Below are positions 24,288-32,052 of a stretch of 34,196 nucleotides of DNA, piece after piece (the stretch's first letter is position 1; each line of letters starts with the position of its first letter). This stretch comes from an uncultured Candidatus Saccharibacteria bacterium (GTDB lineage Bacteria; Patescibacteriota; Minisyncoccia; Phycocordibacterales; UBA10002), in NCBI GenBank assembly GCA_964579985.1, contig CAZOIN010000074.1:1-34196 (forward strand), read 5' to 3'. Under the pieces are notes generated by a model. That model did not search any database and was not told the DNA's origin. It saw only the letters and a list, made by a program, of their open reading frames with translations. The translations under genes were made by a program, and so were the position numbers.

Positions 24288-24310
24288 CCCGCTGTAGCAA
24301 CGGCGGGTTT
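24288..24310. terminator. bidirectional intrinsic terminator between the hom-like gene and dprA
   Basis: Hairpin cccgctg-tagcaa-cggcggg, flanked by AAAAA (24283..24287) and TTT (24308..24310). Confidence 0.65.
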
Positions 24311-24312
24311 CC

Positions 24313-25170
24313 TTATGCCAGGTGAATCTCTCCGCTACTTTCTTTGATAAGACCTTTGAGCTCCATAAGGGAAAGAAGGGCGTTCGCTTGACCGGTCGGC
24401 AAGCCCAGCGAATCGAAAAGATCGTCGCGCGAGAGCGGCGTCTGTAGAAGCGCGATGACCTTTCTTTCTTCGAGCGTACAGTCGGAATAATCGCGCTCTA
24501 CTTTATCGCCTGCCTTAAATCCCAGCGCCTCTCGAAGATCTGCAGGCGATGTGATCGGCGTTGCGCCAAGTTTTATCAGCATATGAGGCCCGGCGGACGA
24601 CGATGAGAAAATGGAACCGGGAATGGTGAACACGTCGCGATTGTATTCGGTCGCGAATTTCGATGTGATCAGCGCACCGCTTTTTTGTTCGGCTTCCACG
24701 ACGAGCACCGCGTCGGACAGTCCAGCGAGGATTCGATTCCGCTGCGGAAAACTCCAGGTGGTCGCCTGAAAGTTCTGTTCAAATTCCGAAAGTAGCGCGC
24801 CTCCAGCTTTCAGTATATCGCCCGCAAGATTTCGGTTGGTGGAAGGGTAGAGGACTTTTGGGTCGAGACCCGAACCGGGCACGGCGACCGTCGGAAGTTT
24901 TGCATTAAGCGCGGCGCGATGCGCGAGGGCGTCAATCCCAAGCGCCAAACCGGAGATGATGACAATGGGATACCCTTGCAATCCGGCAATGAGCATTTCG
25001 ACCGCTTCCTTTCCATAGTTCGAGTATTTACGTGAACCCACTACCGTCAGCCATTTGTACCCCTCCGGCGGCAGTGCGCCCGAGAGGTACAGTTTCTTCG
25101 GCGGGTCGGTAATTTCCTGAAGTCGGCGGGGGAATTGTTCAGGTTTTAATTCCTTAAGTTTGCTGTTCAT
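24313..25170 (-). CDS. dprA: DNA processing protein DprA (Smf)
   Basis: Motifs VVGSRKYSNYGKEAVEML, ISGLALGIDALAHRAAL and VVEAEQKSGALITSKFA, with a C-terminal winged-helix-like tail. Confidence 0.9.
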   Translation of the reverse strand: MNSKLKELKPEQFPRRLQEITDPPKKLYLSGALPPEGYKWLTVVGSRKYSNYGKEAVEMLIAGLQGYPIVIISGLALGIDALAHRAALNAKLPTVAVPGSGLDPKVLYPSTNRNLAGDILKAGGALLSEFEQNFQATTWSFPQRNRILAGLSDAVLVVEAEQKSGALITSKFATEYNRDVFTIPGSIFSSSSAGPHMLIKLGATPITSPADLREALGFKAGDKVERDYSDCTLEERKVIALLQTPLSRDDLFDSLGLPTGQANALLSLMELKGLIKESSGEIHLA

Positions 25171-25188
25171 GATAATATGGTGTAAACA

Positions 25189-25197
25189 ATTGTAGCA
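25189..25197 (-). promoter_or_regulatory. extended -10 TGCTACAAT upstream of dprA
   Basis: The minus strand reads tgctacaat, 18 nt before ATG 25170. Confidence 0.4.
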
Positions 25198-25475
25198 CTT
25201 TTATTTTCAAAGTGCGGAAAGGATACGATGGGTGACAAACTGATGGTCTCTCTTCAACGTTCGGAAGGCCGTTTGAACCGATTAGCGGCCAAGCTTGAAG
25301 GAACTGGTGCTGGAAATCGCAAAGAACAAGGTCAGAGGTTTCTTCAGGTCAGAAAAAGTCATCAGGTCAGGAGAAACAAGAGTGGCAAAACTGCGGAGGC
25401 TGGGATATAACCGAATCCGCGTCGCAATTTACAAGCAAGTGCTAGGCTAAAAACGCTTACCAAGTTCTCCACACG

Positions 25476-25499
25476 GCGAACCGCGCGGTTCGCTTTTTT
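25476..25499 (+). terminator. intrinsic terminator inside the dprA-serS intergenic region
   Basis: Hairpin gcgaacc-gcgc-ggttcgc followed by TTTTTT. It works only on the plus strand. Confidence 0.8.
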
Positions 25500-25655
25500 G
25501 TTGTGCACATTCCCGAAATGCCTCCTTATCTATATACTACCTATTAAGTACTCAATACCGAGACAAGTTTCCCAAAGAAAGAGGGACGAAAAAAGTGGTA
25601 TTTCTTATTCGCAGGTATTTGTAGATTGGTACCAGATTAGTTGATTGGTATTTAT

Positions 25656-26927
25656 ATGTTGGATATCAAATTCATCCGAGAGAACAAAGACCTTATCACA
25701 ATGGCGGCAGAGAAAAAGCGCGTCAATTTTAATGTAGATGAGCTGCTCAAACTTGACGATGAGCGTCGCACCCTGCTAACGCTGGTGGAGCAAAAGCGCT
25801 CCGAGCATAACCTCAAGAGTACGCAAGTTGGGCATACGTCTATTCCCGAGCGAAGGCAACTTTTAGTTGAAGAACTTCGTACGCAAAAAGGCGGCCTCGA
25901 AGAAGAAGAGGCGAAACTGAAAGAGATCATGCAAAAATGGCAGGCGCTCATGCTACAGGTCCCGAACATTCCCGACATCTCGGTTCCGAATGGGGAGAGC
26001 GACAAAGATAATAAAGAAGTGAGAACGTGGGGCACTATTCCGGAATTTTCGACTCCGCCCAAGAACCACATGGAGCTTATGGAGGCCTGCAACCTTGTCG
26101 ATTTCGTACGCGGGGGGGACGTGGCGGGATTCCGGGGATATTTTTTGAAAAATGAAGGAGCACTCCTTACCTTCGGGCTTTGGCAATTCACGCTTGAGCA
26201 TTTTGTAAATAAAGGATTTACATTCATGATGGCGCCTTCACTGGTGCGAAGGCAAACGCTTCTCGGCACCGGATATCTCCCCCAAGGGGAAGATGATCTC
26301 TATAAGACACAGGACGGGGATTACCTTGCGGGCACCGCTGAAGTAGCGGCTATGTCGTATTTTTCCGAGACGATCCTTAAGAAAGAAGAACTGCCAAAGA
26401 AAATCCTCGCCTTTTCTCCGTGTTTTCGCCGCGAAGCGGGAAGCTATGGCAAGGACACCAAGGGACTCATCCGCGTGCATGAATTCTTCAAACTTGAGCA
26501 GGTGGTGATTTGTGAAGCGAACCACGAACTATCGGTAAAATTTCACGAGGAGCTCACGGAGAACGCCGAAGGACTTTTGCGGGCACTCAAGCTCCCGTAT
26601 CGTGTCGTCATCAACTGCGGAGCCGACCTAGGACTCGGTCAAGTGAAGAAGTATGACATTGAAACGTGGGTTCCGTCGGAGAGAGCCTATCGGGAAACTC
26701 ATTCTTCTTCGTATTTCCATGATTTCCAGACACGACGTCTAAACCTCCGCTACAAAGATATCGAAGGGAAGACGCATTTTGCGCACTCGCTCAATAATAC
26801 GGCGCTCGCCACTCCTCGCATTTTGGTGCCTCTCGTTGAGAATTATCAACAGCCTGACGGATCGATAAGGGTGCCGGAAGTACTTCAAAAATATGTGGGG
26901 AAGGAAATTATTACGCCGAAAAACTGA
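25656..26927 (+). CDS. serS: seryl-tRNA synthetase
   Basis: MLDIKFIRENKDL is a typical SerRS N-terminus, followed by a coiled-coil arm. Class II motif 2 is SPCFRREAGSYGKDTKGLIRVHEF; motif 3 region is SLNNTALATPRILVPLVENYQ. The track ORF starts 5 codons earlier at TTG 25641. Confidence 0.92.
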   Translation: MLDIKFIRENKDLITMAAEKKRVNFNVDELLKLDDERRTLLTLVEQKRSEHNLKSTQVGHTSIPERRQLLVEELRTQKGGLEEEEAKLKEIMQKWQALMLQVPNIPDISVPNGESDKDNKEVRTWGTIPEFSTPPKNHMELMEACNLVDFVRGGDVAGFRGYFLKNEGALLTFGLWQFTLEHFVNKGFTFMMAPSLVRRQTLLGTGYLPQGEDDLYKTQDGDYLAGTAEVAAMSYFSETILKKEELPKKILAFSPCFRREAGSYGKDTKGLIRVHEFFKLEQVVICEANHELSVKFHEELTENAEGLLRALKLPYRVVINCGADLGLGQVKKYDIETWVPSERAYRETHSSSYFHDFQTRRLNLRYKDIEGKTHFAHSLNNTALATPRILVPLVENYQQPDGSIRVPEVLQKYVGKEIITPKN

Positions 26928-27031
26928 ATGACCGATAACGCATTACTGAATAACTGAATAACTGAATGACGTAGGACTGTATTTTGGTGATTCAGTTATC
27001 CAGCATAAGTCATTAGTTATAAGTATTTCAG
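26924..27031. repeat. octamer-word dyad (CTGAATAA CTGAATAA CTGAATGA with partners on the other arm) between serS and ftsQ
   Basis: CTGAATGAC occurs at 26924 and 26962. Tandem octamers span 26946..26969. The right arm gtcattagttataagtatttcag (27009..27031) and the inner ttcagttat (26991..26999) are complementary to the left words. Confidence 0.75.
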
Positions 27032-27032
27032 T

Positions 27033-27839
27033 ATGGTCCGTCATAAAGTCCTTCGTTCTCCTCGTTCCGCGCGGAAAGAGCGTCGAAAAAAAAGTAGAAA
27101 AATCCTTTTGCTCTCGTTTCTATTTCTCGCGGCCGTGGGAGGGATCGCCTATGGATTTTCCCGTCCGGAATTTCGGATCACCAGTATCGAAGTGATCGGC
27201 TCCATGCGAGTATCGGAGGAGGAGATACGAAGCACGATGCTCGAGGGAATATCGGGAGCACTCTTCGGATTTATCCCGAAGTCACACACGCTCCTTTATC
27301 CAAAGGCCACACTGAAGGAATCTCTTCTGAAGAAATTTCCCACGTTTTCCGGCGTCTCGATCTCGCTTCGTAACCTTTCCACGCTCCGCGTCTTTGTCCA
27401 TGAGCGGGAGCCGCAGGCACTCTGGTGCACCTCAGAGTGGGATTGTTTTTTTATCGATAAGACAGGCTTTGTGTTCGCGCCCGCAGATACTGGTACGGAA
27501 CAAATGTACTATCATCTTGAAAAAAGAGCGACCAGTTCGCCTCTAGGTACCGAGACGATTGAACACGAAAAGCTCGGAGCGTTGCTCCTTTTCCTAAAAA
27601 AACTGGAAGACATGGAACTTAATCCCGAAAAAGCGCTTTTCAAGGAACAGGATGAGCTCGAGATAGTACTTCGCGGGGGGGCGCGGCTCCTCCTTCGAGA
27701 GGATGGATACAACCTCGCACTCATCAATCTGAAGACGCTGATGGAGCAGGACGACCTCTTTTCGAAGAGGAATGGGACACTTTCAGTCGCCTATATTGAT
27801 CTTCGATATGGGAACAAGATTTATTTCAAACCAAAATAA
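27033..27839 (+). CDS. ftsQ: cell division protein FtsQ/DivIB (TM anchor plus POTRA)
   Basis: Basic N-terminus and TM helix ILLLSFLFLAAVGGIAYGF. POTRA block FRITSIEVIGSMRVSEEEI...LRVFVHEREPQALW. Confidence 0.8.
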   Translation: MVRHKVLRSPRSARKERRKKSRKILLLSFLFLAAVGGIAYGFSRPEFRITSIEVIGSMRVSEEEIRSTMLEGISGALFGFIPKSHTLLYPKATLKESLLKKFPTFSGVSISLRNLSTLRVFVHEREPQALWCTSEWDCFFIDKTGFVFAPADTGTEQMYYHLEKRATSSPLGTETIEHEKLGALLLFLKKLEDMELNPEKALFKEQDELEIVLRGGARLLLREDGYNLALINLKTLMEQDDLFSKRNGTLSVAYIDLRYGNKIYFKPK

Positions 27840-27870
27840 ATTCGGGAATTAGGTATATAATGAGTACTCT

Positions 27871-28260
27871 ATGTCATCGTTCCTACAATTACCTATTAGC
27901 TACCTTTTTTGGCACTACACGATCGCGTGGATGGACCTTCTCCGTCTCTACAAGAATTTTTCGTGGTTCCTCTGGAATTTTTTCTCCATCCGCATCTTGT
28001 GGGAAACACTCTTTTCTCCATGGCATCGGATTCTAGAACATGCCGAGAAAGAACTAGGAGGGCTCCTCGGCAGTATCATCCTCAACCTGATGCTTCGACT
28101 CATCGGATTCTTCGTTCGTGCAAGCACCATACTTTTCGGCCTCTTCGCGCTCGTTCTCTTTTCGATTGCCTTTTTGGTGTTCTTTGCGTTGTGGCCGTTC
28201 CTCCCGCTTCTTATCGTTGGTTGTATCCTGAATGGCGTAGCGGGGCTCGTCGCATTTTAA
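27871..28260 (+). CDS. small polytopic membrane protein (129 aa), unknown family
   Basis: Trp/Phe-rich N-terminal half followed by 2-3 predicted TM helices. It ends 4 nt before the next gene. TATAAT (27856..27861) lies 9 nt upstream. Confidence 0.65.
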   Translation: MSSFLQLPISYLFWHYTIAWMDLLRLYKNFSWFLWNFFSIRILWETLFSPWHRILEHAEKELGGLLGSIILNLMLRLIGFFVRASTILFGLFALVLFSIAFLVFFALWPFLPLLIVGCILNGVAGLVAF

Positions 28261-28264
28261 GAGG

Positions 28265-30724
28265 ATGGATTACAAAACACTACAAAAAGAGGCAGGCATT
28301 TATTACGGAGCACTCGAGACCGAAACGCTTATCTCCGGTAGGCATCTGCAGAGAACCGAAAAATGGTTCCGCGTTATTTCGGCGACTCTGCTCCTGCTCT
28401 GGATTGTGCTCTTCTTTGTGCCAGCGATACCGTTTTTTTTCGCCACCTTTCCGACTCTGTCAGCATTCGCGCTCAAGTTCTTTCCGCTTTTTAAATCGGC
28501 ATTCTTCGTCAGCTTTGGACTCTGGCTCTTTCCGGCGCTTTGGTCCGCATTTTTCACTTCGTTTTATTTCAAGGATAACGATACCGTCCTTCCGGAAATG
28601 GGAATGCACCCACCGGTGCTTCGTTATGAGGTAGCGGCGGTAGTAACGGCAGGTGCGGAAGAACCGGTGGTTGATTTTTTCATGTCACGATACGGAAGTG
28701 CGACGATGCTTCGTCTTGGGGTAGGAAGCAAAGAGGTCATTGCCTTCCTCAAAGACCGAAAGCCTCCGGCCGGAACCTTTGAGATACCTCCGCTGGAGGA
28801 ACCCATAGCTCTGAATGACTTTGCCCAGGGACTCCTTCACTATGACGAAGGATTACAACATTTTCTTTCCTCGCATCGGATCGAGGTAACTGATTTTGTC
28901 GGGGCCGCCGGTTGGGTGTCGCGGATCGAAGGAGACTACAAGGGATACTTACGGTGGTGGAGTAAAGATGCTCTCGGACGGATTCCAGGGGTCGGCAAGG
29001 ACTGGGGATATGGGGAAATCGTGCTACTCTCACGCTACGCAAGGCCCATCACACTTCATCCCGCTTTTTCTGCTGCAGGTACGGGAGCGTTTGGGAAGCA
29101 TGAGGCTGAAGAGATAGAGCGTATTCTTTCACGGGGGCGCGAATCAAATGTCCTCTTGGTGGGAGAGGAAGGTGTGCCAAAGCTCGCTCCACTCGCACGG
29201 CTTTCACGCAAGATCAGCGCAGGAACCGTGCTTCCACCGCTTGAGCACAAACAGATCTTTATATTTGACGGAGCGCCGTTCGTTTCCGCGATGAAGGAAA
29301 AGGCTCTCTTTGAGACCGAATTTACCCGGCTTCTCTCCGAAGCCGCACATGCGGGCAATATCATTTTCGTATTCGATAATTTCGAGAAATGCGTAGAGAG
29401 CGCCAAGGCCCTTAATTCCGATGTGCTCGCCCTGCTCGATCCCTTCCTTACCTCGAGGAACATCCAGATCGTAGCTATCGTCGAGCTTGGCGCGTTTCAT
29501 CAGGTCTTTGAGCCGAACGCAAAAATACGGGAGCGCTTTGAACGCGTGCTTATAACGGAGGCGGGCGTGCAAGGTTCGATTCCCATTCTTGAAGAGGAGG
29601 CGCTGCGCGCCGAAGCGAGAGCGGGAGTGCTCTTTACCTATCCATCCCTGCGCGCGGTGGCAGAGAGCGCGGAACGGTATTTCTTCGAGGGCGTCATGCC
29701 GGATAAAGCCATAGACCTTTTGTTCGAACTTGTTCCGAAGATCAAAACTGCTGGGAAGCGCGTGGTGCTTCGTGAAGATGTGCTCGAGCTTGTTTCCCAA
29801 AAGACCGGTATCGCGGTTTCTGAGGCGAAAGGCGAGGAACGGACAAAACTCTTAAAGCTCGAAGAAATCTTGCATGAGCGGATCGTCGGACAGGACGAAG
29901 CTGTCAAGGCTATTTCAGGGGCGCTTAGGCGCGCCCGTTCAGGCATCAGTTCGGAGAACCGTCCCATAGGCTCGTTCTTATTTCTCGGGCCAACGGGTGT
30001 CGGAAAGACCGAGACCACTAAGGCGCTTGCGCAGGCCTTCTTTGGTGATGAAAAAACCATCGTACGTCTCGATATGTCCGAATTTCAAAGCGAGGATGCG
30101 TTAAGCCGTCTTATCGGCACCTTTGAAAGCGGAAAGGCGGGGGTGCTCGCCTCGCTGCTTCGGGAGCATCCCTATGGAGTCCTGCTTCTCGATGAGTTCG
30201 AGAAAACGAATAGGGAAGTGCATGACCTTTTTCTCCAAATACTCGACGAAGGTTTCTTTACCGATGTTTCTGGTAAACGGGTGAACGCGCGCAACCTCCT
30301 CATCATCGCAACTTCCAATGCTGGCAGTGATCTTATCTGGAAGACGGCGCAGGAAGGTAAGGTGTTGAATAAAGATATTGTCATCACGGAGATCATCACA
30401 CGCGCGATCTTCAAGCCGGAGCTTCTCAACCGCTTTGACGGAGTGGTACTGTTCCATCCGCTAGGGCAAGAGCATCTCCGGGTTATCGCGAGGCTGCAAC
30501 TCCAGAAGCTCGGCAAACGTCTAAAAGAAAAAGGACTCGAGCTTCTCATCACCGAGCCGCTTATCGACTATCTCGTCTCGGCCGGGCAGGATCCGAAATT
30601 TGGAGCGCGTCCGATGAATCGAGCTATTCAAGAAAAAGTCGAGCAGGTGATCGCGGAAAAAATGCTCCGCGGCGAGATCGAGGCCGGATCGAAGGTGGAG
30701 TTTTCCGCTTCTGATTTTTCCTGA
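28265..30724 (+). CDS. membrane-anchored Hsp100/Clp-like AAA+ protein with degenerate D1 and intact D2
   Basis: The N-terminus has 2-3 TM helices (residues about 35-110). D1 aligns with ClpB in this window, but Walker A is GEEGVPKLA and Walker B is IIFVFDNFE. D2 is intact: [31 protein letters not shown] and GARPMNR. There is no M-domain and no IGF loop. Confidence 0.85.
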   Translation: MDYKTLQKEAGIYYGALETETLISGRHLQRTEKWFRVISATLLLLWIVLFFVPAIPFFFATFPTLSAFALKFFPLFKSAFFVSFGLWLFPALWSAFFTSFYFKDNDTVLPEMGMHPPVLRYEVAAVVTAGAEEPVVDFFMSRYGSATMLRLGVGSKEVIAFLKDRKPPAGTFEIPPLEEPIALNDFAQGLLHYDEGLQHFLSSHRIEVTDFVGAAGWVSRIEGDYKGYLRWWSKDALGRIPGVGKDWGYGEIVLLSRYARPITLHPAFSAAGTGAFGKHEAEEIERILSRGRESNVLLVGEEGVPKLAPLARLSRKISAGTVLPPLEHKQIFIFDGAPFVSAMKEKALFETEFTRLLSEAAHAGNIIFVFDNFEKCVESAKALNSDVLALLDPFLTSRNIQIVAIVELGAFHQVFEPNAKIRERFERVLITEAGVQGSIPILEEEALRAEARAGVLFTYPSLRAVAESAERYFFEGVMPDKAIDLLFELVPKIKTAGKRVVLREDVLELVSQKTGIAVSEAKGEERTKLLKLEEILHERIVGQDEAVKAISGALRRARSGISSENRPIGSFLFLGPTGVGKTETTKALAQAFFGDEKTIVRLDMSEFQSEDALSRLIGTFESGKAGVLASLLREHPYGVLLLDEFEKTNREVHDLFLQILDEGFFTDVSGKRVNARNLLIIATSNAGSDLIWKTAQEGKVLNKDIVITEIITRAIFKPELLNRFDGVVLFHPLGQEHLRVIARLQLQKLGKRLKEKGLELLITEPLIDYLVSAGQDPKFGARPMNRAIQEKVEQVIAEKMLRGEIEAGSKVEFSASDFS

Positions 30725-30821
30725 AGGGCACCGCAAAAGCCCGCCTATCCACACCATGCCCCTCGCAAAGCCTCGGGACTTCCAAAATCATGGTCGCTTC
30801 GCTTCCTGATTTTTAGGTCGC

Positions 30822-30849
30822 TTGACCTTTTTGTGGGGATAAGTACTAT
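30822..30849 (+). promoter_or_regulatory. promoter TTGACC-16-TACTAT
   Basis: -35 at 30822..30827 and -10 at 30844..30849, 11 nt before ATG 30861. Confidence 0.6.
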
Positions 30850-30860
30850 AGAAGCGCAAC

Positions 30861-30950
30861 ATGAAAGCGATGAGTTATTTCTTTGGCTTCTTTTTTACGG
30901 CACTCGCCAGTCGAGAGTCGGTTCCTGCGTTTGTTAAAGAAAGGCTCTAG
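30861..30950 (+). CDS. 29-codon aromatic/hydrophobic peptide (MKAMSYFFGFFFTALASRESVPAFVKERL)
   Basis: Small ORF below the track cut-off, framed by a near-consensus promoter and a strong intrinsic terminator. No SD. Confidence 0.4.
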   Translation: MKAMSYFFGFFFTALASRESVPAFVKERL

Positions 30951-30974
30951 AGCTACTCCTAACGAAAACAGAAA

Positions 30975-31002
30975 CGGGCGCTCGACACGAGCGACCGTTT
31001 TT
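30975..31002 (+). terminator. intrinsic terminator after the small ORF
   Basis: Hairpin cgggcgctcg-aca-cgagcgaccg (one mismatch) followed by TTTTT. Confidence 0.8.
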
Positions 31003-31048
31003 GTTTGCCTCTGCTTAATGTAAGCGGAGGAAGAAAACAAGAAAAACA

Positions 31049-31294
31049 GTGAACCGTAAGAATATGCCTGTCAATAAAAAACACCCTGTTGGTCCCTGTA
31101 AATCAACCGTTCATTTAGAGGAGCACAGCAAAGCCCTCAAAGCCGGAGAAAAAGCTTATCGGGAGGGTAAATCGATTAAAGATTGTCCTCACAAGTGGAG
31201 GCGGGTAGTGGGTGGTTCACCCTTGTTCTATAGTTTTCTTACCGGGTTTCGGGCGGCACAAGTGGCCCAAGTTCCTCAAGAGACCCGAGCGTAG
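31049..31294 (+). CDS. small basic protein with a ribosome-modulation-factor (Rmf)-like motif
   Basis: KAGEKAYREGKSIKDCPHKW...FLTGFRAA resembles the E. coli Rmf pattern RGYQAGIAGRSKEMCPYQ...WLGGWREA. The start is ambiguous: GTG 31049 or ATG 31064. Confidence 0.4.
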   Translation: MNRKNMPVNKKHPVGPCKSTVHLEEHSKALKAGEKAYREGKSIKDCPHKWRRVVGGSPLFYSFLTGFRAAQVAQVPQETRA

Positions 31295-31313
31295 CGATCG
31301 TCGAAGGAACGTA

Positions 31314-31352
31314 ATCGGTTGGAATGAGTAACCTCTTTCCAGCCGATTTTTT
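31314..31352 (+). terminator. intrinsic terminator after the Rmf-like gene
   Basis: Hairpin atcggttgg-N16-ccagccgat followed by TTTTTT. Confidence 0.65.
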
Positions 31353-31436
31353 ATGAATGAGTGCCCGCAAGGCGCAAAGAAAAACGGCGCATGGATAAAT
31401 CCATCGCCGATTTTAGACATCTATCCCCACGTTCGC

Positions 31437-31973
31437 CTAATTTCTTTCCGACACTTGCTCCGAGATTATTGTGGCGAGCATGTTCTCTTGCTGGTCAAAG
31501 TCGAGCTTGACCAAACAGGGCTTTTGTGGAAGGCACTCCTTCTTCGACAAAACACAGAAGATATCCCGCATGGACACCCACCCTGATACGCCCGTCAGGC
31601 GTTGCACTTTTGTGATTTTCTGAAATGTCGCGACAGCCCAGCCGTTCCCGAGCTCGTGCGCGCCATGGAAGCGGAAGAAACTTTGGCTTTGAGGCAGTAC
31701 AGTCCCCGGACACGTCAATTCTTGGAATCTCATCATTCGTCCTTTGAGCAAGCGCCTAGACCAATCACAGCCGATGAAGAAAGAAGCGCCAGTTGAGGCG
31801 AATAAGAAGACGCTAGCGAAAAGTATATGCATCTTCTTCTCGGCATCCTGCGCCAAATCAGCAACAAGGAGCAGTAATCCGATGGCACTCGCGGAAAATG
31901 CGAGACCGACGAGAGCATAGCCAAGGGCGGCATGTATGCGAGCAGGAATCTTTTGGAATTTTGTTTTTTTCAT
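31437..31973 (-). CDS. hypothetical membrane protein (178 aa: two TM helices plus a soluble C-terminal domain)
   Basis: Only the 3' part of the 411-aa track ORF is credible. It starts at ATG 31973 (MKKTKFQKIPARIHAALGYALVGLAF...). A terminator hairpin at 31386..31408 with a T-run lies downstream on the minus strand. Confidence 0.55.
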   Translation of the reverse strand: MKKTKFQKIPARIHAALGYALVGLAFSASAIGLLLLVADLAQDAEKKMHILFASVFLFASTGASFFIGCDWSRRLLKGRMMRFQELTCPGTVLPQSQSFFRFHGAHELGNGWAVATFQKITKVQRLTGVSGWVSMRDIFCVLSKKECLPQKPCLVKLDFDQQENMLATIISEQVSERN

Positions 31974-32052
31974 AGAAACTTCTCTTTCTCGTTGAATCAT
32001 CGCACTTAAAGCCAGCTTGTCAAATCGGCCACCGCCACGGTAGAGTAACTCC

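Noticed and set aside
25329-25385. SRP RNA (4.5S) domain IV, suggested by CAGGUCAGG
   Set aside because: The following sequence (AGAAACAAGAGUGGC) has no closing stem, no GNRA tetraloop and no GGAAGCAGC 3' strand. I could not build the conserved helix 8. It stays only as an item to test by cmscan.
25500-25655. T-box riboswitch directly upstream of serS, suggested by TGGTACC at 25628..25634
   Set aside because: No adjacent terminator/antiterminator pair and no GGGUGG context. The string is part of a direct repeat, GATTGGTA (25624 and 25643).
25652-26269. 205-aa minus-strand ORF
   Set aside because: Antisense to serS, with the S/R-rich composition typical of shadow frames.
27909-28634. 241-aa plus-strand ORF overlapping two genes
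   Set aside because: It is an alternative frame across the 129-aa membrane protein and the start of the Clp-like gene. It is extremely R/S/P-rich, and the two annotated frames give coherent TM and AAA+ sequence.
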